A DNA stretch of 63,969 nucleotides, filler included, from Perkinsus chesapeaki ATCC PRA-425 (GCA_013115145.1; 11 parts of 11 records of this genome joined end to end with filler, not necessarily neighbours in it), one strand, 5' to 3'. Positions 45,195 to 57,032 are shown, numbered from the whole stretch's first letter. Program-made: numbers and translations. Notes: generated from the letters alone by a model not told the origin.

Positions 45195-47699
45195 ATGTTT
45201 CTGCATTCGAAACCTATTGTTGTGTTATCCCGGATAGCTCACCCGCGCGTTAGCGCCCAAGTAGTTGAATTGTTTCCTCACCCCATTTATTACGATATGC
45301 CCAAACGCCGATCCAAACATCCTCGTTCACAGCAGGGGAAGATCCGTAGATCTGTCAAGGAACGAACTCGGAGAGCGTTGCGTGGCCATTCCTTGAGGGA
45401 AGGAGATAGAGCCGAATGTGGGGTCATGGTGGAAGAAATGCAGTCCGGGGAGAGCTCGGAAGTGGATCTGAAAAGTATTGCTCTTTATAAGGAGGCGATA
45501 AGCATGGCGGAAAACCGCTACCTTGAGAGGTGCTCGCAGATCACAGACGGCACAGCTCGTGCAGATGCAGTGACGTGGGGCCCTCTATGTGATGAAAGAG
45601 ACCCGGCTGTCATCCCGTCGTACGGAGGAGACGAGATGAGGAGGCTCAGAGACGAGCTTGGAACGATTGGAAATAATCTGAAAAATGATCCACAGTTATC
45701 AGCACTTGAAGAGTGGTGCAGACTTACACGAGATGAGCAAGGGAAGAGGCCAGAAATATGGTCAACAATCCGCCCAGTCATCAAGGACTATGCGGCCCGT
45801 TTAAGAGAAGTATGGGTAAGCAGACTTCACGTTTTGAAAGAAGCCCCAATAGACGTTACACCGATGAGGGTCGGTTTGTTGAAGGCTTTGGCAGAGGCGA
45901 CGCAAGACCTGAGTGACAAAGATGATGTCGAATTATTAGACCAAATATTGAATGAAGGAGGAGTTCATATTGGGATTGACGAACCACTTAATGAGACTGG
46001 TAAGTGGCCACGAAATCGAAAAGCTGACCTTGCGAACGCTTGTAGCGATGATGAGCTAGGACTGAGCGAGTTTGCCTTGCACTCTTGGAAGAATTACCAG
46101 AGCGCTGTCGGTCTTGAGGATAAGGTGAAAGAGTATCTACAAAAGGAAGTCAAACTAGGTAATATGGAATATATAAAAACTGTGCCCGAAAATGGTCTCA
46201 TTGCAAAAATAGCAGCTATAGAGAAGCGCCCAGGGGACGTAGATTCCCCGATACGGATTATAGATGACCTACGGAGGTCGGGAACTAATAAGAAAGTCTT
46301 ATCGCCAGAGACTCTTCAATTGCCGGGGGTAGCAACCGGGGCGTTTCTATACTTGAAACGCAGGGCTATCCTTACAAGAGAAGCCGGCGAGGAGGAGCTT
46401 ACTGAAGAAGAATGTGAACAATTCCAACAAGTAGTCATTGAAACTGACTGTGAGGCAGCATTCAGACATATTCCAGTACGGCCATCTGAAAGAAGGTACT
46501 GTATTAATGCGGTGCCAAGTACTACGTCTTGTGGTTATCCTACGTTGGTGCAGCATTGTAAGTTGGCTTTTGGGCTCGCAACATCTCCATTGTTATGGGT
46601 GAGAGTATTCTCCTTGGTAGTATTAATGGTTAAACGCCTCATGGCGTTTGAGAATAATGAATGCATACAACTCTATATCGATGATCTGAATTATTACACG
46701 AGTAGAGCGGCGGCGTTTGACCGGTTGGTTAAGCTCTTACTGTTGTTAGAGACTTTGGGAGTAAATATATCATACCATAAGGTCAGAGTTAGCTCCCAGC
46801 CAGTCATTCTCGGCTTCGAATGGAATCTGGCTACAGGAGAAGTTGGGATACCTGAGAAAAGAAGGATCGACCTTTTAGAATTGGTTAATGAGGTCCTTAC
46901 GTTGACGCAGCGAAATCGAGCAGTTCCGAAAGAAATACTTCAAAAGGTAGTTGGGAAATGCAGTTGGATGGCACAGATAGTTTGCATACTCAAAGCAAGG
47001 CTGCGTCCTCTTTATGGGAAATTGGCAATATTGGACCGCAAGAACCTACGAGGAATATTTATTAATGGTGATTCGGTTGAATCCTTACTGTGTTTCCGCA
47101 ATGTTCTGGGCCAACCGATGGATACAACGGCAGAGGCGGTGCTCGGAATCGGATGCAACGAGTTCGAATGGGCAATGATGGGGAAGTTTCGAGTAAATAC
47201 GGCGGTGGCCATCTCGGATGCTTCTACTAAAGGAATAGCAGGAGTAGTGATATTAGAATATATGGCCTACTGGTTTTTCCTGAGCTCTTCTGATATCGAG
47301 CAGCGCCATGCAGTTAATCAGCTCCTCTCTATCGGACCTGAGGAGAAATGGGAATCTGGCCATATAGCGGTCTTGGAATTGGTTGCTTTACTTTGTGCTG
47401 CCTTAATGTTGCCAAGAGGACGGCCAGCAATTGCTCTTTGTGACAATAGTGCTGCAGTATCTACTATTAATACAGTGTCAGCAAGATCAACTAGATTAAA
47501 TACCTTAATCTTGAAAGTGGCGCAGAGGCTTAGCTTAGGTACAGGCTTGTACTCCCTGTATGTTAACACCGAGGAGAATTGGGTAGCTGACAATTTATCT
47601 CGACAAAGAGATGTTACTTCGGCAAGAAGCTTTATGCAAGGTTCTAAGTTCCGAGAAGTGGACGGTATGTACCTGATAAACGAAATATTACAGTGTTAA
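45195..47699 (+). CDS. Reverse transcriptase-RNase H (DIRS-type)
   Basis: IRIIDDLRRSG, ETDCEAAFR, LAFGLATSP, LYIDD, LQKVVGKCSW; RNase H ISDAS, VLEL, LCDN, EENWVADNLSR. Confidence 0.92.
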   Translation: MFLHSKPIVVLSRIAHPRVSAQVVELFPHPIYYDMPKRRSKHPRSQQGKIRRSVKERTRRALRGHSLREGDRAECGVMVEEMQSGESSEVDLKSIALYKEAISMAENRYLERCSQITDGTARADAVTWGPLCDERDPAVIPSYGGDEMRRLRDELGTIGNNLKNDPQLSALEEWCRLTRDEQGKRPEIWSTIRPVIKDYAARLREVWVSRLHVLKEAPIDVTPMRVGLLKALAEATQDLSDKDDVELLDQILNEGGVHIGIDEPLNETGKWPRNRKADLANACSDDELGLSEFALHSWKNYQSAVGLEDKVKEYLQKEVKLGNMEYIKTVPENGLIAKIAAIEKRPGDVDSPIRIIDDLRRSGTNKKVLSPETLQLPGVATGAFLYLKRRAILTREAGEEELTEEECEQFQQVVIETDCEAAFRHIPVRPSERRYCINAVPSTTSCGYPTLVQHCKLAFGLATSPLLWVRVFSLVVLMVKRLMAFENNECIQLYIDDLNYYTSRAAAFDRLVKLLLLLETLGVNISYHKVRVSSQPVILGFEWNLATGEVGIPEKRRIDLLELVNEVLTLTQRNRAVPKEILQKVVGKCSWMAQIVCILKARLRPLYGKLAILDRKNLRGIFINGDSVESLLCFRNVLGQPMDTTAEAVLGIGCNEFEWAMMGKFRVNTAVAISDASTKGIAGVVILEYMAYWFFLSSSDIEQRHAVNQLLSIGPEEKWESGHIAVLELVALLCAALMLPRGRPAIALCDNSAAVSTINTVSARSTRLNTLILKVAQRLSLGTGLYSLYVNTEENWVADNLSRQRDVTSARSFMQGSKFREVDGMYLINEILQC

Positions 47700-47769
47700 C
47701 TCATTAGTCTGTCTCTTACTCTGTAATTGTGTTATAGTGGTCGAGCAATTAAGGTAGTTAATTAGGAAT

Positions 47770-48972
47770 ATGCCCATCCCTTATAAATGGCTAGCCGAGA
47801 GACGCACCCAAAAGGATAGCATCTATAATCGAGTATGTGGTAATGGTAATATAGGAGTACCTAAGAAGGTCTTGGGAGAGCTAGCACCAGTGGCAGTGTT
47901 ACCTAGGATCCCTTCTAGTCCTCTTTCTCACCAGCTTCTAAACCATCACAAATGTGAGGCGGTGGAATGGCCATGTGCTGCAGGGAGGAGGCGAGGACGT
48001 CAAAACTTGCCGATTACAAAAAAGACTGCCATGGACGTCATAGAATTTCTCAACAACGCGAGGGCTCCAAGTACACAGAGAAAGTATAGAACGGTGATTA
48101 ATGGTTATAAGCGGTATATACATGGTCAAGGAGGGGGTCAGATTTTCCCTCTAGATGTGCAAATGGTTGCAAAATATGCCAATTATCTGGTAGAATGTAA
48201 TCTAGCAACGACAACCATTAGAGATTATGTACGTATTCTTAAGATACTTAATAAGGCTTGTCCAACAGCAAAGCCTTTGACTGTGTATGAGGAAGAAGTG
48301 TTAAGGTTGACGGACCAAGCAGTATTGCATTTATTAGGCCTTCCGGAACCATTACGGGCTGTGACCCTTACAAAAGAAGAGCTTGTCAGATTATCTTATT
48401 TGTCTCCTCCGTCTGGTCGAAGATCAAGTACAGCTGCTTATATATTGGGTGTGGCCGCGATGTTGAGATTGCAGGAATTGGCAGATCTTCAAATGAGAGA
48501 TGTACATCTCCTTGATGATAGACTGTGGATCTTCATTAAAAAGAGCAAAACAGATTATTCTCAAAGAGGACGCTCAGTTGTTGTAGGATGTAGTTGTGGT
48601 TCATCAGTGATATCCAATGTATGTCCATATCATCGGGTACTGCAGGTAGTGCTCGAGAAGGGACCAGGGGCTCCGTCTAGGCCGCTCTTTACTGCTGGAT
48701 ATGATGGTCTAAGTGTGGATATTACACATCTCCTCCAAGCCATTGTCGGTAAAGTACCAGGGACCACGTCTCATAGTATGAGACGTACAGGGGTAGCCAG
48801 GCTGGAAGAGGAAGGCATCAGTAGTACCCAGATTGCCGAATACGGTAGATGGGCATCGTCTGCGACGGTTGATAATATCTATAAGCGTGGACAACTGACA
48901 ACTACAACAAAGCAAGCCGGATTTGCTCGTTTGATGTTTGGTAACTCTACCTTATGTGATCAAAGACATTAA
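47770..48972 (+). CDS. Tyrosine recombinase
   Basis: Full catalytic set: AMLRLQEL (R), KSKTD (K), SHSMRR (HxxR), GRWAS (W) and DNIYK (Y). N-terminal core-binding domain ARAPSTQRKY. Confidence 0.93.
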   Translation: MPIPYKWLAERRTQKDSIYNRVCGNGNIGVPKKVLGELAPVAVLPRIPSSPLSHQLLNHHKCEAVEWPCAAGRRRGRQNLPITKKTAMDVIEFLNNARAPSTQRKYRTVINGYKRYIHGQGGGQIFPLDVQMVAKYANYLVECNLATTTIRDYVRILKILNKACPTAKPLTVYEEEVLRLTDQAVLHLLGLPEPLRAVTLTKEELVRLSYLSPPSGRRSSTAAYILGVAAMLRLQELADLQMRDVHLLDDRLWIFIKKSKTDYSQRGRSVVVGCSCGSSVISNVCPYHRVLQVVLEKGPGAPSRPLFTAGYDGLSVDITHLLQAIVGKVPGTTSHSMRRTGVARLEEEGISSTQIAEYGRWASSATVDNIYKRGQLTTTTKQAGFARLMFGNSTLCDQRH

Positions 48973-49393
48973 AGTTCAAGTTAGACAGTCCAACCGTTTC
49001 TGCTGCTGAGATGAACGTACGCCGTACTTTGCGCACGCCACGGTGATCGATTTGATATATATGAAGTGTCCTACTGTAGTCTTACTGGTATGTAGTACTA
49101 CTTGATATCCTGGCTCCGTGTTGTGTTGTTCAATGGTTTGGAAGTGAAGTATTTCCTTTCATTGCTCGAAAGTTTGTGTAGTCTAGGAGTCTTACTCTCT
49201 ACCTTTCGACTGCGCTTCAGTCCATACTTCTGCAAGTCGTACGCATAGCTGGTCGTGTCGTACACCCCGTATACGTACTATTGCCCATTTCACTCCACGG
49301 CGCTCGTATGAGAGAATAAGGGAGATGTTGTGCTATTCGTATTTGTGACCATCATGTGCATTGCACACTGTGCAGAATGACTAGTATTTTCGG

Positions 49394-49493
49394 NNNNNNN
49401 NNNNNNNNNNNNNNNNNNNNNNNNNNNNNNNNNNNNNTTAATTAATTAANNNNNNNNNNNNNNNNNNNNNNNNNNNNNNNNNNNNNNNNNNNN
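49394..49493. other. Assembly spacer
   Basis: N44-TTAATTAATTAA-N44. Confidence 0.98.
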
Positions 49494-49789
49494 TAGGAAC
49501 GTGGTCTAGAGTAGCTGGCGTGGTAGTCAGGCAGTTGCCACTCCAGCCGTGATCAAGGGATCACGTCGGTTCAACTTGGTGAACCTTTACTCGCACGACA
49601 GGGGTGTTCAGCTGGTGACGAGCCAGTCTGACGGCGGTCGACGAGATCGATTCGGTTCCAGCATGGTGGATCCGACTCACTGTCGTTAGGGGTCCTGGAG
49701 GAACAGCATGGTGAACTTCCACCCCCTGCCCAGACTAGGACGTTCAGATTTAGTAAATGAGCTAGACTGACGGCAGTTATTGAGACTGA

Positions 49790-50330
49790 TTCGGTTTCCA
49801 GCATGGTGGATTCCGGTCCTACGTCTACCGAACTACGATCCTTTCCTCGAGTCAAGGATGATCGTTAGTATGATGACTACGACCTTCACTACATTTGGAC
49901 AACTTTATGAACAAGCTCAGTTCTTTAATAAGGTCAACGTCATCACTTCACTAAGTACGTTAGTCAGGCAGTTGACGTGCTTAGTGTCGTTTCTACTACC
50001 TACTGACTTATCAAGCTACGAGCATTTCTATTAGCCGTATGGTTACACTTTAACCGTATCGCTACCGGTCGATAGATTCGCATTCTACGTGCACTACATG
50101 CCCTATCTACGACCAAACCTTCTTACTATTTCTTTTCTGACTTTAACGTCCTTGGACCTACTTTAATCCAAGAGACTACTTTCTTTGAGAATGTAAAACT
50201 GAACGACGAGTTCGTTGTGATCACGGACGACCTTTCAGTACCCGTCCTGCTTGGCTGTCCTACACTTATCAAGTTAAAAGCTACTATTAAGCTAAGCTCT
50301 GCTGGCATGCACGTCATCACTAACGACTGT
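49790..50330 (+). pseudogene. Retroviral-type aspartic protease remnant
   Basis: SMVDSGPTS (DSG) at about 49800 and FVVITDDLSVPVLLGCPTLIKLKATI at about 50210, with many stops between. The DSG segment is locally duplicated at about 49645-49675. Confidence 0.5.
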
Positions 50331-50689
50331 CATGACAATATCATCTATTCCAACAAGAAGATGGTACGGTTTGACGAGCCACCTACAGTTGTCTCAGACG
50401 ACTTTGACAGAGACTACATCTACACTGACTACAAGGTCAATCACGTGTACCAACTTCTTCTTGGGCGTGCCAACTCAACTTCTATGTTATCTAACGACAT
50501 CCTCTACAACGTCATCTACCCTAATGCTACAATCTACCCAGGGGACGACTCTCCCGGTGGCCAAGGCGACTGCAACCACTCGGAGAAAGATCCTACAACT
50601 AATTACTACGTCCACTACTCTGTTAGTAGATACTAAGACGTGGAATACTATTAATCCCTGTCTACGTCTTTTCGTTAAAACTGGGAGGA

Positions 50690-50789
50690 NNNNNNNNNNN
50701 NNNNNNNNNNNNNNNNNNNNNNNNNNNNNNNNNTTAATTAATTAANNNNNNNNNNNNNNNNNNNNNNNNNNNNNNNNNNNNNNNNNNNN
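50690..50789. other. Assembly spacer
   Basis: N44-TTAATTAATTAA-N44. Confidence 0.98.
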
Positions 50790-51626
50790 GAGGGTTACAC
50801 ATAGCGTGAGGACAGTTACAGCACTGTTGTTACAGACAACATGAAAAATCATGAACTTCCTCGTAGTACCGGATTGGTATGAATTTAGCAATTTTCCTGT
50901 TCTGGGATTGAAGTTGGCTGATATACATCAGCTGTAAATGTGATTCTGTTATTGTACAATAACAGAGCGATAAACAGTAAATACAATAACATCCTGTCTT
51001 AAGTATAGAAAACGACGAGACAGTTCCTGTTATATTTGAAGGCCATCGAAGTATACCTTTCTTACTTCGCCAAATGGAGGGATATCACTCCTATCTAGCG
51101 ACGACGGCTCTGGCTCACAGTAAAGGATTTATCGGTATTATGGTTTGATCGAAACCTCATAACACAATAGAGTGTAACGGGAAACGAACATATGATGTTC
51201 ACATCTCAGATCTGACCGATAAAGGGTCTAACATGCCAACCGTTGCGTATCCGCGGCATGGCCGCCAATCAGCTCTAGTTTTGATATTAGAGAGACGTCT
51301 TCAGCAATGGGCCACCCAGTGACCTTAGCACTTGACGACTTGAATGCGTCGTTATTAAAACTGTTATCAGCCGCAATAAATGTTTGCCCTTCATTAGAAT
51401 GAATAATCGCTCCGCCTCTATATGAATGCACTTCTTTGATATCGGTCACAATCGTCTGCGTTGGAGTCGTAGGCTTTTGGCCTCCATAGCGCCTCACGCC
51501 AGTTTCAAGAGCGCTGGTGAGCATGCCCGAAGCCTTCCGAGATACCCTTTCATGCGTTCTTGAGTTACTAAAAGCTGTCGCAGCCCTAAGGAAGCACAAA
51601 AGAAGTCTCATCATAGGTTGTTTTCC

Positions 51627-53448
51627 CTACCTCTTAACTTCGCGTGCTATGAGGTCACGTGGACGCATCGTTGGCTGGGGAGGAAGACTGCAAGAATGTC
51701 TTGAAGAGTCGCGCCTGGCAGTTTTAATTTGATTTCGCCGATTGAAGTGGGTAGCTCCCATCTCGGCGAGGGATATGTGACGTTTCATTGGTATTAATCG
51801 GGATTTGAAAGTCACAGAACCGGCCATGACCTTTTCTCTTTATCTGACTTTAACTCAACAAACTTACATTATTTGCCAAAAGACAACTATTAGGAAGGTT
51901 CCTGGAAGGTCATCGCCAAGGGTCTCTTCTGTAGAACGCAAAGGCGATAAGCGCGATCCTGAAAGCAGTCGAGGGAACTTGTCGAATAGCATTTGAGCCT
52001 CACAACTTTGCACGTGACAAGGCTCTGTAGAAGGGTCTTGAATTCGTCAAACTCGATGAGGCCATTACCGTTATCATCAACCTGAAATCACATACTGCTT
52101 GTTCGCAGCCGCAACACATAGCCAGTTCTAGAGACAGGGTGATTGGAAAAAGGGTAATGTTACTATGAGACATATCCTCTGTAAGCTTTCAGTGCACGAA
52201 TTAAGCCAAGAGTCAACAGTATTTGAGTTTTATTGGAATGTGTTTCGCCTACGTGACGCGCATTGCGCTTTATAAACCCTCGATAGTTATCTCTCTCATA
52301 ATCAGGTATTTTCATCTCCCTCGCGATGCGACGAATCTCTTCTGAAAAGAACACTCATTAGCTTCTCTGTTTGATGCCGCTCTACTTGATTCTAGATAAC
52401 CGGACTGGTCCGCATCGAATAGATGGAAAATCCTCAACATGGCTGATTCATCGAGATTGAGCAGTTCAAATTGCTTCGCAGCTTCATCTACCACCTGAAG
52501 ATTTTATAAAGTAGCTAAATCTGATTGCTTCCAACTTTGGCAGCGTAGGCCGCATCTCTGATCTCCTCGCGTGTTTTCCTCGCTGCCTCCTCTCGATCAA
52601 CTGGCATATAGTCTGGCCAATGCTTTGCTATATCCTCGTATCTATGCACTAAAACTGTAGTGGAGCGATTAGCAGTTCACTTACAACTTCCGGAAGTTTT
52701 CAAGTGATATAAATTCTTCACCTTCACCAGGTATACAATGAGCGTCGAACGCCTTGCGGAGCGTCACGACGTTATTGACTGGGAGCAATCTTACCCACTG
52801 CGAGAACTGCCGGAACCACCGTGCCCCTTCTCGCGGCTCGGAAAATTCTGGCACCTTTTCTGCTAAACCCATCTTGCGAAGAGCTACTACTAGGCCTCCT
52901 CGACTGAGCTGTCTGACAATACAGAGAATAACGTGGATCATGATGAGCGATCGGTTCACCCATTTCCTTTTAAATCCAGTTCTGAGAACAATCGATCGCA
53001 GTACTCGATCTCGTCTCGAGCTAGCTTGCATTCGGATGACTGAAATCGCTGTTAGACATACCAGACTAGGTCGCCTACACTTGGCGCACAATTAGCGTCT
53101 CTTTGCCACTCTGCTGCAAGCTTTTGAAATTGTTGTCGTCTAAAACGGACTATGTAACGATGAAGCTCCAGATGAAAGGTTTTACAGGTGGGAGGTGTTG
53201 TCATCATCGGGCTGTATTTCACCGAACATCGAGTTGTAGTTAAACACTACGAGTAACTCACACTGACCGAACACAAAGCCGAGCAAAGGATTAATCCGAG
53301 TATGACAGAAAATTAAAGTGCTAGTCGACAAAAGAATGACGTCATACGTGATATTCATTAGGCAGAAAAATGTTACCGAGATAACAAAACCGAGTATAAT
53401 AGACTCCTCGAGCCACAACATAGGTGACACCATAGAGAGAAACGACAA
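51627..53448 (-). CDS. Multi-EF-hand protein with hydrophobic N-terminal segment, multi-exon
   Basis: EF-hand loops DLKGNG/QLSRGGL (split by an intron, about 52960), FDADQSGYLE (about 52410) and DDNGNGLIEFDEF (about 52070); hydrophobic ORF at 53182-53448. Ends are uncertain. Confidence 0.55.
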
Positions 53449-53767
53449 AGGTACTTCATAAGAAAATGTGTTCTTTGACCCTAACCGTGTCGCATATCTC
53501 GAGACACTACGCTAGGTTGTTATTAGAGGTACAAATAACACATTAACCAACACAATGTACAAGTATAGGATACTCGACACAACCTTAATGTACCTCCTAC
53601 TGATCAGGAGCTAAATTGCTCTGTACGACCATTACGAAGATTTAAGGATAGGAAGACACACAATAATAGAAGGCATAACAATAGGTAAACAACACCATCC
53701 GGTGATGTGCGTAAGTATAGGAGACACAATGAATACATTGTCTCTATGATAATAGCAGAAACGGTAG

Positions 53768-56392
53768 CTACGAAATTGGGCAATCATCGGGTAGCTGAAC
53801 AACTATGTCAGCTGTACTCGGTGTAATAAATAGATTGTAGGGGTTGTAGCGGCACTTAACATCTTGGAGCCTTTTATAGACACCATTAGAAGTAGGGCCG
53901 AAATAACGATATTTCCAGTGATCGAACTTCACGTTCTGGCCGGGGAAGAATTTGTCTTTCCAAGGAGCCACAGTCCACTGGTTACTGATGTAGTTCTGGT
54001 AGCTTGTCTTCAAAGAACTATGCTTATCGATGGCTGCAAAAGCCTTGGCAACCCAGTTTGTCGATGTCGTCTCACCAGCAGAGTCACCCTTCTTCCACAA
54101 CGACGACACTTGAATATTCCAGCCTTGATTGCGATGCACGAATGAGGTGCACGGGCCAGCACCGGAGCAGTCTTGAGGTTCTTGGATCATTTTACCACCA
54201 TAATACTCGAAGGTGATGATGCAGACATTTCGACCTTTACATTCTGGCTGATGGCTCATATCCCAAAGAGTGTCCCACAAAGCATCAGTCATATCGCTCT
54301 GCCGAACATATACCGAATTGCTCTTCCAAGGGGAGTCCTCGTTCAGACGCCAGTCGTAGTTCCAGCAATTGTTCATAGCAGAAGTAGGATCAACACCAAC
54401 ACCGGGATAGACAGCATTACTGGGGCAGTCAGCATCAGCCCATTTAGTGCATCCCGCCCAAGACCACGCGCCATAGGCAGCATCGGTCAACTTCTCAGAC
54501 GGCTTAGTGATCCAGGAGTTTACTTGTAAGGCATCGTCGATCTTCTTCATAGTGTTCTGGCAATCAGTGCAATCAGCAGTGATCGGGTCGCATAGACACA
54601 TACCCTCATAATGCATCTCGAAGTTGCTGTGAATCTTCACCTTACCCCAGAGACCAAAACTCTTCGGCTGGTTTATCATAACATTTTGATAGGCCTTGGT
54701 TTTAGCGAGGACGTCAGCCTTGGACTTGCTATTAGCTGCCACTTGATGACGATAAATATAAGCCTTCTCACTGGCTCTAATGGCGTCGAAATACCACGTA
54801 GTGACAACTCCATAATTGCCGCCCATTCCTCCTCTGATAGCCTTCAGCAACTCCGCGTGTTCATTGGTTCTAGTAGCATGTACGAGCTTAAATGCACCAC
54901 CGTTCTCTTGAACAACAATATCAACGGCCAGGACATGATCTGTTAACATACCCCACATAGTGCTGGAGTAACCATAAGCACCACCTTGAGTTAAACCGGA
55001 CACCGAAACCGAGGGACAGCTTCCACCGTTGATGCCAAGCGGAGGGTTATGGTCATAGAGTCGAGTGTAGGCCTCCAACAGACGAGTGCCGGCACCGATC
55101 TTGGCGACGAACTGGCTACCAAGGAATCCAGTAGTCTCAACGTTAACTGATGTGAACCTGTCCATCATCACAACAATGCCATTCTGGACAGTGCTTTGGC
55201 CAGCGAAGGAGTTACCAGAGTTGCTCCTAGCAACCACCGGAACGTAGTAGTCAAAGCATATCTGGAGAACCTTCTCAACCTCACTGTTTTTTCCAGGTCT
55301 GACCACAGCCGCAGGAGTGATTCCAGTGTACTGTGGAATGAACACCTCAGGCATCTTGTTACCAGTAAGAACGTAAGCTGAGCCGATTGCAGATCTAATA
55401 GCAGCTATAGCTCCGGCGGGGTCGGGGACACAGGTACCACTCTCGTAGCAACTCGTCGTAGCAGCCTTTGTCGTAGTGGTTTTAACAGTAGTAGTAGCCG
55501 GATTGCCAGTGCTCTTGGGTGTTGTTGTGGCTGGGGGAGGCTTCACAGTGGTTGTGGCCGGGGGAGGCTTCACTGTAGTTTTCTTGGTACTAGTAGTAGG
55601 TGGGACCTCACCAGAACCACACTTGATACTGGACCCTTGGCAGACCGGAGAGACATCCCAAGTCTTGCAATACGACCCTGGACCAACCTTCTCTTGGCAG
55701 TAAGCGTCCCAGTCGACAGGACCACCACCACTTGTAGTTGTGATCGGTGCAACACCGGTAGTCTTAACAGTAGTGACCACAGGCTTCGTGGTGACAACAG
55801 GCTTCGTGGTGACAACAGGTTTAGTGGTAGCGACCGTTTTAGTAGTTGGGGGAGCAACACCAGAACCACACTTCACCGTAGAGCCTTGACAGACCGGAGA
55901 GGCGTCCCAAGTCTTGCAATACGAGCCAGCACCAACCTTTTCTCGGCAATAAGCATCCCAGTCAGTGACAGGCTTGGTAGTTGCGGGCGCGATAGTAGTA
56001 ACTACCCCAGAGGTAGTAGTGGTGACAGGCTTCACCGCAGTAGTGCTCTTCGAGGTAGTGGGCTGAACCGAACCACCGCACTTCAGAGACGAACCCTGGC
56101 AAACAGGATCGCTGGTCCAAGACTTGCAGTAAGAGTTGCCGCCAACTTGTTCTCGGCAATACGCATCCCAGTCGGTAGAACCCTGTGCTTGTCGGGGATT
56201 AACCCCGAGGCTCTCAGAGCTACACGGCTGAGAGCTACCATGGCATAGTTGTTGACCATTAGCAAGAGTCTCGCAGTACGAATTAAGACCAATAGCTTTT
56301 CGACAATAGTCGTCCTGAGCTTTGGCAGGGGAAGCAGCTAGGCAGGAGCCTAGGGATAGCAAAGCGAAGATAGAGCGAGTACTTATAGGCAT
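53768..56392 (-). CDS. Secreted berberine-bridge-enzyme-like FAD oxidase with four N-terminal Cys-rich modules and Thr/Pro linkers (intronless)
   Basis: Signal peptide; 4x C-x9-C-x8/9-C-x6-C; FAD-binding PAAVVRP..VVARSNSGNS..GGSCPSV..GLTQGG.YG..WGMLTD; BBE tail SYQNY..YFG..RLQDVKCRYNPYNLF. ATG at 56392. Confidence 0.9.
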   Translation of the reverse strand: MPISTRSIFALLSLGSCLAASPAKAQDDYCRKAIGLNSYCETLANGQQLCHGSSQPCSSESLGVNPRQAQGSTDWDAYCREQVGGNSYCKSWTSDPVCQGSSLKCGGSVQPTTSKSTTAVKPVTTTTSGVVTTIAPATTKPVTDWDAYCREKVGAGSYCKTWDASPVCQGSTVKCGSGVAPPTTKTVATTKPVVTTKPVVTTKPVVTTVKTTGVAPITTTSGGGPVDWDAYCQEKVGPGSYCKTWDVSPVCQGSSIKCGSGEVPPTTSTKKTTVKPPPATTTVKPPPATTTPKSTGNPATTTVKTTTTKAATTSCYESGTCVPDPAGAIAAIRSAIGSAYVLTGNKMPEVFIPQYTGITPAAVVRPGKNSEVEKVLQICFDYYVPVVARSNSGNSFAGQSTVQNGIVVMMDRFTSVNVETTGFLGSQFVAKIGAGTRLLEAYTRLYDHNPPLGINGGSCPSVSVSGLTQGGAYGYSSTMWGMLTDHVLAVDIVVQENGGAFKLVHATRTNEHAELLKAIRGGMGGNYGVVTTWYFDAIRASEKAYIYRHQVAANSKSKADVLAKTKAYQNVMINQPKSFGLWGKVKIHSNFEMHYEGMCLCDPITADCTDCQNTMKKIDDALQVNSWITKPSEKLTDAAYGAWSWAGCTKWADADCPSNAVYPGVGVDPTSAMNNCWNYDWRLNEDSPWKSNSVYVRQSDMTDALWDTLWDMSHQPECKGRNVCIITFEYYGGKMIQEPQDCSGAGPCTSFVHRNQGWNIQVSSLWKKGDSAGETTSTNWVAKAFAAIDKHSSLKTSYQNYISNQWTVAPWKDKFFPGQNVKFDHWKYRYFGPTSNGVYKRLQDVKCRYNPYNLFITPSTADIVVQLPDDCPIS

Positions 56393-57032
56393 GGTCAAAG
56401 CAACAGAAATCTAAACGAAAATCAACCGAATCGAGATCCTGTTATTAGGAGGGTGGATGCCTTATGTTTAGCGGTGTTGTGTGCTAGCGTTAATTGCGGT
56501 ACCCTATCACTCCAGCAGGAACGCTGCTGCGTGTCAAGGTACGATGATTCGGCTTAGCGAACGGACGTTAGCGTTCGATTCGGCTCGTGCGAAACTATTC
56601 ATCTTAAGTTAAGCTTCCATGCTCATTTAGATGGATGAACCGTTTTAGCTTCGAACAGTTACGTGTCCCGAGTGTGACACGCGGGCGAAATGTCCCCTGC
56701 ACAAAAACTTGAGGACTCGAGAATCCTAGTGATGCGAAATCCGGAGAGATCAAGTGCTCCAGGCCATTTCTACGGAGTTGTAGAATGCGGAGGACCGCTT
56801 TCCTCAACTAACGTAAAGCGCCATCCCTTGGTTAGAATCCTATACTTAGCTACGACATGTTCACGTGACGGTGGGGACAGGTGACACAAAACTTAGCGCT
56901 CGCCATTCTGATCGATTTCAAGATACAGACAGCGCACCTTGTGAGCTATGCTAGCCTGCAGCACTCGCTGGCTAATTCAACGTTCAGAAATGACTCCAAT
57001 GTTATCATTTGTCAGTTGCAATTTTGATAACA

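Larger units (their letters stand above)
44337..49393 (+). mobile_element. DIRS-like tyrosine-recombinase retrotransposon, copy B (ORFs intact)
   Basis: Three uninterrupted non-overlapping ORFs: gag-like, RT-RNase H and YR. Both ends abut gaps. Confidence 0.9.
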
